Source: Klebsormidium nitens (Eukaryota > Plantae > Klebsormidiophyceae). From it: 64,000 bases of DNA. The notes under the pieces were generated by a model. It worked only from the letters and a program-made list of their open reading frames with translations, was not told the origin of the DNA and ran no database searches. Where the stretch lies: assembly GCA_000708835.1 (NCBI GenBank), contig DF237157.1, positions 1-64,000 on the forward strand, given 5' to 3'. Positions 25,315 through 38,356 of this stretch are shown piece after piece (the stretch's first letter is position 1; every line of letters begins with the position of its first letter). The position numbers and the translations under genes were made by a program.

Positions 25315-26486
25315 AGCTTGCTGACCTCTGGTGCACTAGCACTGTCGGTGATGGTCTTAGGTGTTTGTGTCAGTTTCCTGCTCTTGAAAACGCCCGCGCT
25401 CTCGGTCCGCAAACAGCGGCGCAATGCAGCAGCTCATTGACCAAAGGCTTGTTGCTATGTAAAGCGACGCCCCTTCGCCCACCTGCCAGACACAGTCCTC
25501 GAGCCTCGGAGCTTCTTTGAGGTGACGTGTGAACAGGTTCGAGTAGCTCCTAGGTAAACTCTGCATGGTCCTTCGGATTTTCTGCCCTGAAGAATGTGCC
25601 TCCAAACCAGCATATTTTTCACCTGCCAAGCAACTTGAAGCCAAGGTTAAAAGTGCTGCCCAACTGGCAATGGGCATCATGGTGTGATGTGATGCCTCTG
25701 CACGAGGTTTTGCAGATCTGAGGTGGAACGAAGTCGCGTTGACTGCGAAGACCCGATGCAGGGGCGCGCGCCATCACATCACACCGGATCGGAAGAGGCA
25801 AGGGGTCCGGGGATCCCTCCAGGTCTGACATCGGCATGACATCAGATAGTTGCCAGTGCCACGTGGCAGCACACTGCATCGACATCTTGCATTCAAATTG
25901 TATTAGGCGCATCAAAGCTTCAAAGTTTCAGCAAAGGGAACATCCGGAGACTTGACATGAATTTCGGGTTCCTAGCACCCGTCGCAGCAATCCTTCTAGC
26001 TTGAACCTCAACATGGACTTAAAGAACAAATCTTGTTTAAGCCGATGCATGAAGACCTGTCAAACAGTCCCAAACGAGGTATCAAAGAATGGCAGGGGCG
26101 TCGGGCTAGGACTCGCACGAGAGATGCAAGACTAGATATGTGGCAAATCGACATCAGCACCGCCAGCCACTATAAGGTTGTAGAAGGCCCGGCGCTGAGA
26201 TGTGTTACAGATGAAGCTACAGCATTGTCCAATTGTGATTGAGAAGAATGATTCTATGGCAAATGACCGGGCGGCATTGTCTAGCATGAAAGTTGCTACT
26301 TACTCCGATAGTCACAGTCATTTCAGGCGGCAGCTTATGCTGCTCAAAGGTGTTCATAGTACGAGTCCTCCGAAACAAATGTGTTCGCATACGCAAATTG
26401 TCACGTTTGAGTTCCTCTATGATAACCTCCCTATTGTTTGCTTTGAACACAAATGCATGACCAGCTAAAGATGCCCATGCTTAATA

Positions 26487-29400
26487 TCAAGCAGCCCCGA
26501 CTTCATTCATTGCGAGCTTGAGTGCTTGTCCCCGCTTCGAGTGCTCCAACAACGCGGCTGCTGCTTGAGCCGCTACCTGGAAGCTCACCTCAAAAACCTG
26601 CCCTTCCCCATCGACCATCTTAACATACCCGTCGCTCGTTGCTTGCAACCGCTTGATCTCTTCTATAGGACTTAGCCTTTCAGAAACCCCGCCCCCACTC
26701 CATGATGAGCACGCGCCTTCTTCCGACAAAAAAGCATCAGTTTCATCCACCTCTGACGTATACCTCCGTTTTCCATTCCAAGAGGCTTCACCTGGCCGCG
26801 CCCTCCCTTCAGCGGCACCATTTTCCTGCAAATCCTCAGCAGACTCCCCAAGCAACAATCCATTACTAGTTGACAAGAGCGTCCGACTACCTCGAGAGAC
26901 ACCGACTCCTCGTTCTATTGACATTCCCACCCCGCTATCCCCGCTGGTCGACGCCCCATTTCCGTCCATTCTAGAACCACTTTTCAATCGAACTGTCACG
27001 ACTCCTTGCTGACGTTCTGTGTCCGAAAGTATGGACGCGAGGACGTCAGATTGAGCCACGTTTCGTCCGGCACCCACGCCCATTGCCGTCGCAGCCCCCA
27101 CGGCGTTCGCTAACGCCAGAGTGGTGATCGGGCCTGAATGAAAGCGGCGAAATGGTAAGTGGTCCGGGAAAGATGATCTTCTCAGGGTTTGCCTCCGCGC
27201 TAGGCTTGCGCGACAGAGCCTAAAAGCGAGTCAAAGACCCATGTTCATGGGTGTCGCATTTAGTACGATAGTGTCCGACCATGGCGAGCTATATCGTTGG
27301 CCCGTGCGCGATACTGAAATTGTGGTGCGATACAGAATTGGGCAGGCTCACTGCGTTCGCTAACGCCAGGGTGATGATCAGGCCTGGACGGTAAACGGCG
27401 AATCTGCTAGTGGTCCGCAAATTGAGTAAGACGAAAGAAAAGGAGATTACAATCCGGCAACCCACAGCGTTAGCTAACGCCTGCCTGCCTGATGATCGGG
27501 CCTGAACAGAAAAGACGAATCTCTTAGTGATCCAGAAATAATAGAAGAAAAAGCGAAGAAAGAACTTTAGCAACCCTGCAGCGTCTGCGAACGCCAGGAT
27601 GGTGATCGGGCCTGAAAGGAAGGCGGCGAGTTTGATAGTGGTACCGGAACGAGAAGACAGAAGCGAAGGAGGATAAATTCGGCGGTCCCAAGGCGTTCGC
27701 TAATGCCAAAATGTTGATCGGCCCTGGAAAAAGCCAGCGACTTAAATAGTGGTACCAGAACAAGAAGAGGAAAGCGAAGTATGGAACTTCGGGAGCGCCA
27801 CGGCTTTCACTAACGCCAGGTGGTGTTCAGGCCCAAACTAAATGAAGAATATTTGTACGCTGGTCTGGAGGAAGGGAAGACGAAAGCAAAGGAACGAAAA
27901 GTTTTGCAGCTCCAATGGCGTTCGCGAAAGCCAGGGTGGTGAATGAGACCGCAACTTTGTCAACGGTCCGAGCAAGAGAAGACGGAAGCCGAGATAAGCA
28001 TCTTCGGCAAAGCCCGCGGAAAAAATGTCCATTGAAACTTGGAACTGCACCCGGACATTTCCTGGAAGACACTCAGACAAACACCGAGTTCTGCGGGAGC
28101 GAGTTTAGTATTCGTTTGGGTAACCGATCGGATGCTTCTGGCTGGCAAGTCTAGCGAAGTAAGGAACCGATCAACACGAAAGCAGTCGTGAGAAGCGTCC
28201 AGAGGGATTCCTTCCGTTCACTAGAAAGTCAGACCCCCGACCCACCTTCCCCTCGGATGAAGCCCAACACGACGGCGGCCGCGAAGCTGTCCCCGCACCC
28301 GACCGTATCCGCGACGTCTATTCGATATGCAGGAAGCCAAAAGCTCCCCTCGTGCGTCGTCATATGGCAGCCTCGGCCGCCGTCCTTTATGACGACCCTG
28401 TAGCAGCAGAAGACTCCAGGGTCAATCATCTGGTGTCCTTAGGGCTTTGCTTAGTTGTTTGGGGTTCATAGTTGTTTTCTATAACACATGGTTCTAAGGT
28501 TAAAACCTGATCTTCAATGCGCGTATCGGACAAAGCACCTCTTTGAAGGCTGAGGCGCTTGCGTAAGGCCGACAATCTGACGGACATTCAACTCAACAAT
28601 CGTGCAGAACTCGGGAGTATAAGAACTTCCAAAGGGGCACCGAAGCAAGAACGAGTTGAGCAGATGAGTGGTTGCTCGTTGCGAAGGCCGGGGACCCAGT
28701 CAAATGAAAAGATGATCCAAACTGAATACCTTGCCTCCTAGTGCTACAAGCATGGTGGATCACCTGGGGGTCTTGTCTAACCATAGGTCGTGAAGCAGTA
28801 TCCTTCCAGCGGCTTTCACATCTTTTCCCCAACTTTCGGTGATGGAGTGTATTTCGCACGGTGTTCGAACAGGTAAAGGAACCAGGTTCAATGAAAGCTG
28901 CAAGATCACTGTCAGCTCAATAGCTTGCAAAGATCGCCCGCCTCTTCCGGACCAATGACAAGGCCGAAAGGTAAGGACTTACCACTGGATCGCACCCCCC
29001 CGGTTGAGCAACGCTTCTGCTGCGGCCTCCTGATCCCGCAGACCAGTAATCGTTTCTGCCTGCAGACGAAGCGACACGTGTCACCCCTTTACAGGTCCTT
29101 TGACTGATACAAACTCATTTGAGGAATCCTTAGGTTCAAGCCATTCTCTCTCAACAAAGCATTGCAGAAGTACTGATCCTTCGACCCTCTTGAAACCTCC
29201 AACCTCTTGCAACTGCAATCACCCAGTTCCACAGGTGCCAAAGGCGCCCTGCTTTGACGCTGCTTCCCAACCGCTTTGTACTTTGTGACCAAACTTTGCC
29301 GTCGTACTGTTACAATTCTAGGATGAGGCAAGAGGCTTACCTCCTCCGCCGTCATCAGCACGACGTCACTGAGTCTCATCAGTGTCTCCACGCATTCCCG

Positions 29401-31605
29401 TTTGTAGTCACCTGCAAAGCAGACACGACTTGAATCATATGGTTGGCATGACAATTTTCTCTTTGCTGTTTGCTCCTTGCTGATCAACGGGGCAGAACCA
29501 ATCCGCAGAGGCCTGCAAAATCAAACTCAATTTAATGCTGCTGCCGACCATGCAAACCGATCATTCTGAGCTCCAAATTAATAGGCAATCTGGCCCTGGG
29601 AACAACGAGGCCTCAAATTCCGAGCCGCCGCCATAAGCCGCCAGACGAGGCCTCACTTGCTTTGCAAAAGGCCTCCCCACGAGGCCCCGGGTCGAAGAAG
29701 ACGGCGGCTCCGTGTTCCCGAGCCTTGCGAAGTGCGACGTGTACGGTGGGCGGAGGCAGCTCGTCGTACACAAATCCGTTGCAGAAAACGGCCCTCGACC
29801 TATGGTTACGTGGAGGTTAAGGGCCAGAACAAGGTTCTGGAAGCTTTTCAAGAAGGGGAGAGTGGGTGAGTTGAGAGGAGCCGAGGAAACAGGAGCCAAG
29901 GAGAAAGACGGCAGATGATTTTGTCACAAGAGCGACATGGCAGCCCCAATACCCGAATGGGAGACTGATCAGTCAACAAAATCCGAAGGAGTTGAATTGA
30001 AGATACTGTTGCTTGGGTGAACACGCCTGTACATCGAGAGAAAGTGGACAGAGGACAGATATAAAATGGTTGAAACCAGAAAGAAGAAAGGAAATATCCA
30101 AGATTGAAAGTTCAAAACGGAAAGGTCTCATAAGCACCACACAAACAAAGGAACTCCGTCCAACGGCTCGTTTAAAGCAGGACCTGCAGTGTCTTGAAAC
30201 ACTAAACACTATGCTTACTCAAAACCTATGGTGTAGCTCTATTGGCCCCCACCTGCTCATCAGCTTCTCAAACGCCGGTGGCAGCTCCGTCAACCGGCTG
30301 AAGGCCGGACCTTTGTTGAAGTCAAACCGGCTGCAGAACGTGTGGCCGTCCGTCGGGTGAATGATCACCCAACACAGCAGCGTCTCCCCGTCATAGTCCT
30401 CCCCCCCGAGCGGCGCCTCCCCACTTTCTTGAACTTCCTGAAACCCAACCCCCTCAGACGCCAAGACCCGCCGTAAGAAGTCCCCAAAGACCTCCTCTCC
30501 AATGTGCCCTAAAGCAGTGCACCGGAGACCGAGGCGCGCGGCTGCTATGGCAGTGTTGCAGTTACCCCCACCTTCCCACTGAGTTTCAGGTGGGGGGCGA
30601 GCGACCATAGCGTCCATGTAGGCACGGCGACGGGGCTTGTCAGTGGGGGGAAGCTCCTCAACCTAGTTGCGGTGGTTAAGGGTTTAAGAACATGGTTTGG
30701 CTGCTTTTGTAATGACCGTTAGTGGTTGAGTAGTGGCTTGAAAGTATCAGTTTGAGATAATGTTTTGGCATGGTTGGTCCTTGACTCGTTTGTGATCAAC
30801 TAGTGACTCAAAAGTGGTTTGCCAGTCTGACTGGGATTGCTATGAGGCCAATCTCCTGGATGTTTTGATCAGAAATGGCAAACCGAGGTTTGACCTTGAA
30901 CAGAACTGGAAAATTGTGAACCGAGGTCAACTGAGTATGCCCTTACAACGTTTGGGATGTGTGTTGAGTTATGGAGCTCCACCACATGATAGCAAGATCA
31001 AGAACCGTGACAGCTATGAAATAAGTCTAATCTCAGCCACCAACCCCTGGGTTGAAAACCCTATTGAGAAGACGATCAGAAACGCTGAACTGGGCAAGTC
31101 AGCATGCTTTGCATCTTCCATGCGTCTGATGGATGTAGAGCAGATAAGAAGAACTCCATGATCTTCCATAATCAACTCAACCTCCCTTCTCATCACAGAC
31201 TATTTGTTTGCTGATATATGAAAGACGTGAACTCACATGCTTAACGATGTCAACGCACAGGTTTCCCAGAGTCACCACGTCGATTATCCCCGCATCAGTT
31301 CCTGAATCTAGACTCTGGCTAGCGTCAACCACAGTTGCCGCAAGGCTCTTGGCACTGGTTCTCTTCTTGCTGGGCCTGGTTTGCTGTTGAGCTGACAACT
31401 TGTCTTGAAGCTTGACCAGGCGAAAATCATTGTGGCCTTTTGCAAGATCATCCACTCTACCGACCACACCACCGAGGATCACTGCACGAAAAGTATGCCT
31501 GAAGGATCCGGGTGTGGGTGAAAACTCATGGATGCTCTGTCCTTTCTGTAGTTGCAAATGCGGCGCCCTCCAAGAACTTGTCTGGAGAACCTCTGTACCG
31601 ATCAT
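26487..31605 (-). CDS. PfkB/ribokinase-family carbohydrate kinase, plant plastid type, about 622 aa, 7 exons (31605-31237, 30662-30253, 29799-29657, 29411-29341, 29059-28983, 28397-28246, 27133-26487)
   Basis: DVVTLGNLCVDIV, EGGGNCNTAIAAARLG (PfkB signature 1), VFFDPGPRG, VVIKDGGRG, DVADTVGCGDSFAAA (PfkB signature 2), LALANAVGAATAMGVGAGRNVA. N-terminal extension resembles a transit peptide. All phases are consistent. Confidence 0.93.
27340..27950 (-). repeat. Array of 6 degenerate copies (about 110-118 bp period) of the PfkB last-exon acceptor and exon start
   Basis: Plus-strand core GCGTTCGCTAACGCCAGGGTGGTGATCGGGCCTG recurs at about 27353, 27466, 27580, 27692, 27801 and 27916. It is the reverse complement of CAG|GCCCGATCACCACTCTGGCGTTAGCGAACGCC at the true exon start 27133. 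Confidence 0.93.
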
Positions 31606-33493
31606 CTTAACCGACGAGAAAATCCAATCACCACCACTGTCTTACGCGCTCCTTTTCCAAATATACCGACCTCCTTGGCAATCGTGGCCACACATTATAC
31701 TTTTCTTTTGACTGCTTCTTGTTTAAATTACATTTTCAACCTCCATATAGCGCTGAGTTTGACGCGCTCTTGCCTGATCGTCCTTGCTGCCAAAAGGATC
31801 CGCGCTGCAAGAAGCTTGAGCCCCAAAAGAAGTGTGGGTAAGGATTCCAGATTGCGCTTTCTGAGTTGCTCTTGAAAGCAGAACGCAAGTTCTGTCTTGT
31901 TCTTGTTCTTGTCACTTGAAGACAGAAGGAAAGCGCAGCTTCATGATTCAGGAGTCTGAGATCAGAGAAACCTCAGCTGAGCAGCCCTGAGCTGCGCAGG
32001 ATACCTAGGTAAGCAGGTGTGACGACCGTCGAGTGCATTTGAAGTTTTCGCTATCGAAAACCCCAAGGAAACTACCCAGCGGGTTACCTACGCAAATTTG
32101 AAATTCCTTTGACTAGTAGGGAGAAAGGGTTCTTCACGTGGTACTAACCAGACACTATTGTTTCGACCTGTGGTTCGAAACGTTGGCCCAAATTCAAATT
32201 TGAAAGTCTCCTTTCCGCTTGCGTTGCCTGCATTGCCAGGCTGCAATTGCAACAAGTGGGAGTCTTGCTGGCTGTGGGAGCGCTCTGCCTCTATATCTAT
32301 TCGTGAAAAGCAGTGTTGGTTGCTTGCCCTGTCGCCTCGTCATTGCAACGCGTCTTTCTCTTGGACGTTCGTTCGCAGAGTCGGCAATCTACTCGAAGCA
32401 AGGTGAACAAAGACCTGTGCGCGCCGCCTCATTCCGGTCAATCAATTCGTGCAGCAGAAAAGTCTCTAAAGAAGGTAAGCAATCTGGCGCGATCTTATGC
32501 TTGCGTTGTTACTTTCGCCATTCCTCGGATCAGCTCTTGTGCCTCTTGTTAATGAAAAGGCACATACAGAAGAGTGTGTATTAATATCTATGTTGCACCA
32601 CAGTTCATCGAGTTTGGACAAAAACGGTCGATGGCTTCCCTTACCCACATCTTATGGTGCTTTTTACAGATTACTGGGTCTCGTTCAATAACCATTGTCC
32701 CCACATCCTTGCGGTTGAGTTTTTAGTACTAGTATCGAAAAGCCTTTCAAACCAATATTCTGGCAAAGTAACTGCCGAGAAAGATGGGGACGTGACCTTG
32801 GTGCTTGCAGACAATATCTTGCAATAGACAATCAAAGTGCTCGCCGCTGTCTGTTCTTACCGTCTCTCGATCTGGCTGCATGGTGGCTGCACTGCTTATC
32901 AACAGTTCTGGCCACTAAGCCATTTAACATGTATGCAACATTCAGCAACATCTTTTCAATAGATTGGCCTTTGTTACTAATCCTGAAGCTCCACATACCT
33001 CACTAATAAGATCAGCCCTTTAGTCAAGCGCCTGCGCCTGTTGGCTCAGCTTCATATCAAGACTATCCTAGCCAGTGGGTACTTTGGGAGCTTGAGCTGC
33101 CCTTTTGATTGGGCAATTTTGGGCCTCTTCACCGGTTCTTGGGGCCGTTGGTTCAAGGGCATGGTAAACATGCATCGAGTCTGAGTTTGTGGTCTCAATT
33201 GCGTCTTGATTCTTTTACCGCTTTCCTAAAACAATTTACCACAGGTCCCTTGTACGCAGGTTATGATGGGCTCTCGATACACACCTTGTTCCTCCAGTAC
33301 TTGAACATGCACCTTGATGAGTTATGTTTTGTCACTGAATCACAGATCTGATCTCTTTTCTTTCTGCAACTCAGGTTCTCATTGCTCTACAAGATGGCTT
33401 CCTTTGGAAATGAGGCTGACATGTAGGAGATGACCACTGAACAGCTGATTCATCCTATCAATTATTCACAGGCATTGTTTGGCTCCATTGCAG

Positions 33494-36214
33494 ATGTCGT
33501 CCACTTACAGCGAAGATGAAGTCAAGAAAATGACGGTGGTGCAGCTGATGTCATACCTGACAGACAGAAAGGTTACCCTCCCAGCCACGGTAAGCCCGTT
33601 TTCCTCCAAGAAGTTCTCACCATGGAGTGTCTTGAGTTCTTTATGCTTCTGGCCCCCAAAACCTGCAAACTACCCCTGCCAAGCTTTGTACGTTGAATTC
33701 AGACTCCTTCCCTTCTCCGTGAAAACTTCATAAGAGGAAAGTTGATCCCAGGAATGGCAGTGACATCAGAGAGCGCTAAAATGAAAAGGATTTTAGCAAG
33801 CCACTCATCAGTTCTTGCTCCCCGTGGATCTTTCAAAGTCTTTCCAATCTCTGAACGCTGAAACAAGGCGACCAGAGTTATCCTCAGAAGACTTCGACTG
33901 TCTTGGTCTGGAGACTGGAGTGTGCTCAAGACCCTAGGAAAGGTTTGGGTACACGACCGACTGTTCATGCCTTTCCAGCAACTGATGGCTCCCGCGGACA
34001 CTTCGACTTGTTTCATTGACTGACTGACTGACTAATAGACCGACTATTTGATTGATTGCTTTGAGTGGTGTGACGAGGTTGGGTCTGAACATAGAGCATG
34101 AGCATGGGTCAGTCTGGCCAGAGAGACAAGACCCTTTCGTCTTATGTTCCCTTCTGGCCTTGCAGCGCGCACTGAAGCAGACGTACGTTGACCTGGCGCT
34201 TGAGGAGATCAGGAAGGAGCGGGCGGGGATCAAGCCGCCCCCAGAGCCGAAAGCTGCCTCGAGAATGCAGTCACCCAAGAAGACGCCAGCCAAGGTGAGC
34301 ACGTCCGAAACAAGACATAATCTGTCGGATTGCCAAATGCAGCTCTCGTAAAGAACTGGTCCTTAAAAAGCAATGGGGAGACTCTTCAAAGTAATATCCT
34401 AGAAGTGCAATGTCAACGTGCGGGCCAAAGCGGTATGGCCTTTTTTGTTTGCAAGTGTCCACCTTTAATTTTCCTCTAAATCTGGTCGTGATTTGTGCAT
34501 GCCTGGATATGAGTTTCATGTACGAAAATGGAGGCAGCAGAGCCTAGCACGTATTTCTGCAGACAGTGGGTGTTCGTGGCTTTGAATCGTAAGCCGGGCG
34601 CTTTACCGGCCTGACTCTCTGCTCCAATCAGATTTTCGTCAACGAAGAGGGTAGCAAGCCCTATAGGCAGTCCCGTTGCCATGTTACAGACAACAATCGA
34701 TCTCGTCTTCTAAAGTCGAGGGTACGAGCAACCTATGTAGCGGTGTCCCTCGGGTCTCTGCAGAATGTGCAGCCTATAGCAACCTCAAACCCTCCCTTGT
34801 CGACAAACTCTTCCAGAAAAAATGTTTGCTTGCCTTACTACCAGACCATGTAGCCGATTTCAGATTGGTCTGAGCTATTGTTTTGCCAAGATGCGCAACT
34901 TCTGGAAACGAGACGCGGCTTGTGCAGACCACGCAGGTCGGAAGTCCCGCTTCGCCGACACGCTTGACGCGATTGAATCTTACATTCCGGATTTCTCTTG
35001 TTTATCGAGGACGTGCTGCAATCTTATCGCTGCTATATAGTGCAGCATGCCGATTTGAATTACCCGCAGGAGGCTTCTGGCAAACAGATTACGTACATAC
35101 TTGTCGTTCTTACGTAACCCCTTCTGTGGTCTTACACTGCCCGCTTCTCAAACATGAACAACGCCTGCGCTCTATGATGGCCGTCGATGTGATCTCCTCC
35201 TTCGACCAAAGAAAGAACATCAGGACTTAAAGGAGCCGGTAAGTGGATACATCGGAATGCCCACGTAGCCCCTTGCCGCCAGAGACTCGCCTCACTCCGT
35301 GCCCTGTGTCCCCCAGGCCCTATCCAGCTAGATATTTACTGCGCTTCCAACTCCCTCTGCAGAGTGCAAAGTCCGAGACTCCCGCAGAGCCCCCCTTGGC
35401 AGACGATTCCGGGCCAGTCGAGCCCACTCAAGCAGCCAACGGCGAGGAGCCCCCCGTCGTCTTGCTGCCGCTGCCGACCCCCCCACCATCTGCGCTCCAA
35501 CTGGTGCGCCCATACGTCCGGATTGATTCCCTATCTCTGCAGAGATTTTTTTAGTACCAAATTTCGCTGTCTGAAAGCGGGGCACAGGAGAAAGGATTCT
35601 TTTGACGGCTGGCAAGGATTCTGTCGTCTTAGATTAAATCGTGCAGCGCACAATCTGGTCGAAATTTTGGCAGACGTGCAACTAGGGAAGGTCTTCTTCG
35701 TCGCTGATTTGCAGGGTCTTGAAGTTGATCTGTAAAGACTCCTGCTTCAGAAACGGGCTCTCTTTGGATATTCTCGCTTGTCATTGTTGTTGGTGCTCAG
35801 GTGGCTTGACGCTTTGTTCTTTGACCTTGTGTCGTTTTGGTTTCCAGCCAGCGTTTTCGAACGGCATGTGCAATCGTCAAAGTTTGTTGTGTAGCCATAT
35901 CGTTCTTAAATTTTACATTCAAAAACAAACATCAGAACTTATTGAAATTACTTTGTGGGTGCATCATATCCCCAGTACTCAGCGCCGCATCCTTTCTTCT
36001 GCAGCTCGGCAAGGGTTTAGTGTTTGCAATCGGGATCGCAATCATCGCCATAGCAATGGCCTACCTTTTCCGGTTTGTATATGACCAGCCGGAGCCGGAA
36101 CCGGCAACGTACTGGGATATCGCTCACTCGAAGATTCTGGAGATCCTGCACGTGATAGAGGAGCGATATATCAAGCCGGCCTTCAAGTCGCTAGGGCTGA
36201 AATCTGCCAGCTGA
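33494..36214 (+). CDS. HeH/LEM-like N-terminal domain plus C-terminal transmembrane protein, about 191-195 aa, 4 coding exons (33494-33589, 34166-34294, 35363-35503 or 35515, 36005-36214)
   Basis: MSSTYSEDEVKKMTVVQLMSYLTDRKVTLPAT-RALKQTYVDLALEEI resembles the helix-extension-helix (HeH/LEM/SAP) motif. It is followed by a Pro/Lys-rich linker and the TM segment LVFAIGIAIIAIAMAYLF. All junctions are phase 0. The ATG directly follows an acceptor; a probable 5'-UTR intron starts at AAG|GTAAGC near 32475. Confidence 0.75.
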
Positions 36215-38356
36215 CCCGGAAGTTCTCCAATATACTGAAAAGGTGATTGTTTGACGAAGCTGTCGATTAAGTAGGAGCGGCAGCTAATGAAGACTCACAA
36301 ACGTGTATCTTGGATCTGGCGGGGGAGGATCCTGTACAAAAACAGCCCCGCATAGGAACGACAGACTGCCCATGCCAGCAACGGCCTGGTAGTATGGCCC
36401 GATTGGTGGACTCAGAAGTCGTTTTGATCGAGACCTCCCGTACGTTTCTGATTGCCCGTTGTGCTGCGAGAACTCTACGATATGCATGCAAGCCCTCTCA
36501 AAGTGCTGCAGTGAGTCCGGAACCCAACAAAAACCAACACTTATTTGTTTCTGATGTATGTAGTCTTTGAATCGTTGAGAAGTGTTCGACATGGTTTACT
36601 CACTGCTCCAAGTCCATGACTATTTTTGAACCGACTCCCACCGGTATCATGTGGCGAACTGGTGCATATATCATGATGCGAATGTGGGACTTCGTACGTG
36701 TGCTTGGATGACAGTACACCATGATATGTCGACTATGACGCCATTGCAGCTCGATCGCAAGCCTGCAGTCACAGCAATCTTAAACTTGACAACTTCCGCC
36801 AAAGTGATATAATTGATTGAACAATGATCATACAGAAAATTGCTGAACCGCGATCGGAATGCGTGCCCGCGGCATGCATCGCGTCGCCGGGGTCAGACAA
36901 TCGTATCAGGGTCGCGAAGACTCCTTATATGATGATTGCATGATTGTTTACAACGCCCTGAAATCAATAACTGATCCGCCATCATGATTTGCACTGAGCG
37001 TTGAGTGCGCCGCATGGAAATACCGTACCTATAGCTAGGACAGCCAATTTGCGGGCCGCGGGACGGTACGTTTGTTTGCTGAGTTAGCAGCTAGACGACT
37101 CAGCATGTATATGATTTGCCATACGCCCGACATAGCATGAGCCATACGTCGGACGCGGTAATTTATGTACAAAACTGTTATCATAGTTGCACATGTCCAG
37201 CTGTCTCAAAGGCCCATGCGTACATGAGCTAGAGTCGACACGGAGCAAAAGAAGCGATCAATCTTGATGTCCTACAAAAATCTCGGCTGATATTGACTGG
37301 GCTACATGACCTGTTATGCATTGCGCGTACGTGCAGCTTTCATGCAAAATGGACCTAAAAAAGTCAGCTTAAGGCCGCAGTGAGTGCGCAGGATAAGTAG
37401 CAAGGTACATGTTCAGCTCTCCTTGACAAAAGTAAACCGCACGTCAGCAGCCGCTCAGCTACCATGAACTGAGATCATTACCAGTCGTGGTGCTCACTGT
37501 TTGGAACCACAAGTCACATTAGCGGAACCCCATCACAACCTTGAAGAAACTATTGTATATGCAGACAAGAAGCTTTAAGTTTCCCCATTCCAGCAACTAA
37601 CGAAAACATAGCTTAGTACCACCACTGACAGGCTATCATTGACAGCCTGTATACCCTGCTCTATATCCTGCTCTGTTAAGATGAGCTTACCTAGGTATAA
37701 GTCCCATTTACATGTTTAAGACTCTCGACACTTCTAGGCATACAACAAATGCTTGAGTCCTGCATAAGATCCCATAAGGCGAAGATATAGCCATCTATGA
37801 CGAACTTCTTTGCCTGCAACTACTTCTCGCGCTACTGCGACCGTCGACTTGCTTGAGTCGTGCGTAGAAAGCCTCTGACACCGAGTGATCAGTAGCGGCC
37901 ACGTGTCCTGATACTTTTCGAGATGCAACTCCGCAGTGCTACACCTCAAAACGCACTGCAAGATAGCGTGCAACTGAGTCAGCAGATCTACTGGTTTGTG
38001 CACGTAGTACGGTGCTTTCTTCAGAACGAAAATTGTTCTGAGCGCCAATTGACACGTGAACCTACTAGCTGCGAGTACGACAAGAGCTAGAAACGAGGGC
38101 AGAAGGACTATCTAATAGTCCCAATTGCAAGCATCTCGGCTCAATGGCCGGTAACTCTATACGCCACCGAAGATTCAGCCTGATGCCCCGGCCCTTTCTT
38201 CGAAGATTCTACATCACATATGGGTCGACTAGAGAGTAGGCTAAACCACTCCAGGGCTCTCGGCATCTATCTGTGCATGGTGAGCCGGTCAGGCGGCTCG
38301 CACGTAGCTATCTACCATGAGATTTGAGCCATTTCGCATTGGCTTGGAGGCTTACC

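Noticed and set aside
27340-27950. Regular repeat-plus-spacer look, resembling a CRISPR array
   Set aside because: Eukaryotic intron, repeats are degenerate, the spacers are themselves homologous, the repeat equals the adjacent exon start, and there are no cas genes.
27289-28080. ORFs containing LALANA or LAFANA, suggesting a tandem PfkB paralogue
   Set aside because: Each is only a 12-15 codon copy of one exon start within an intron; no other kinase exons are duplicated.
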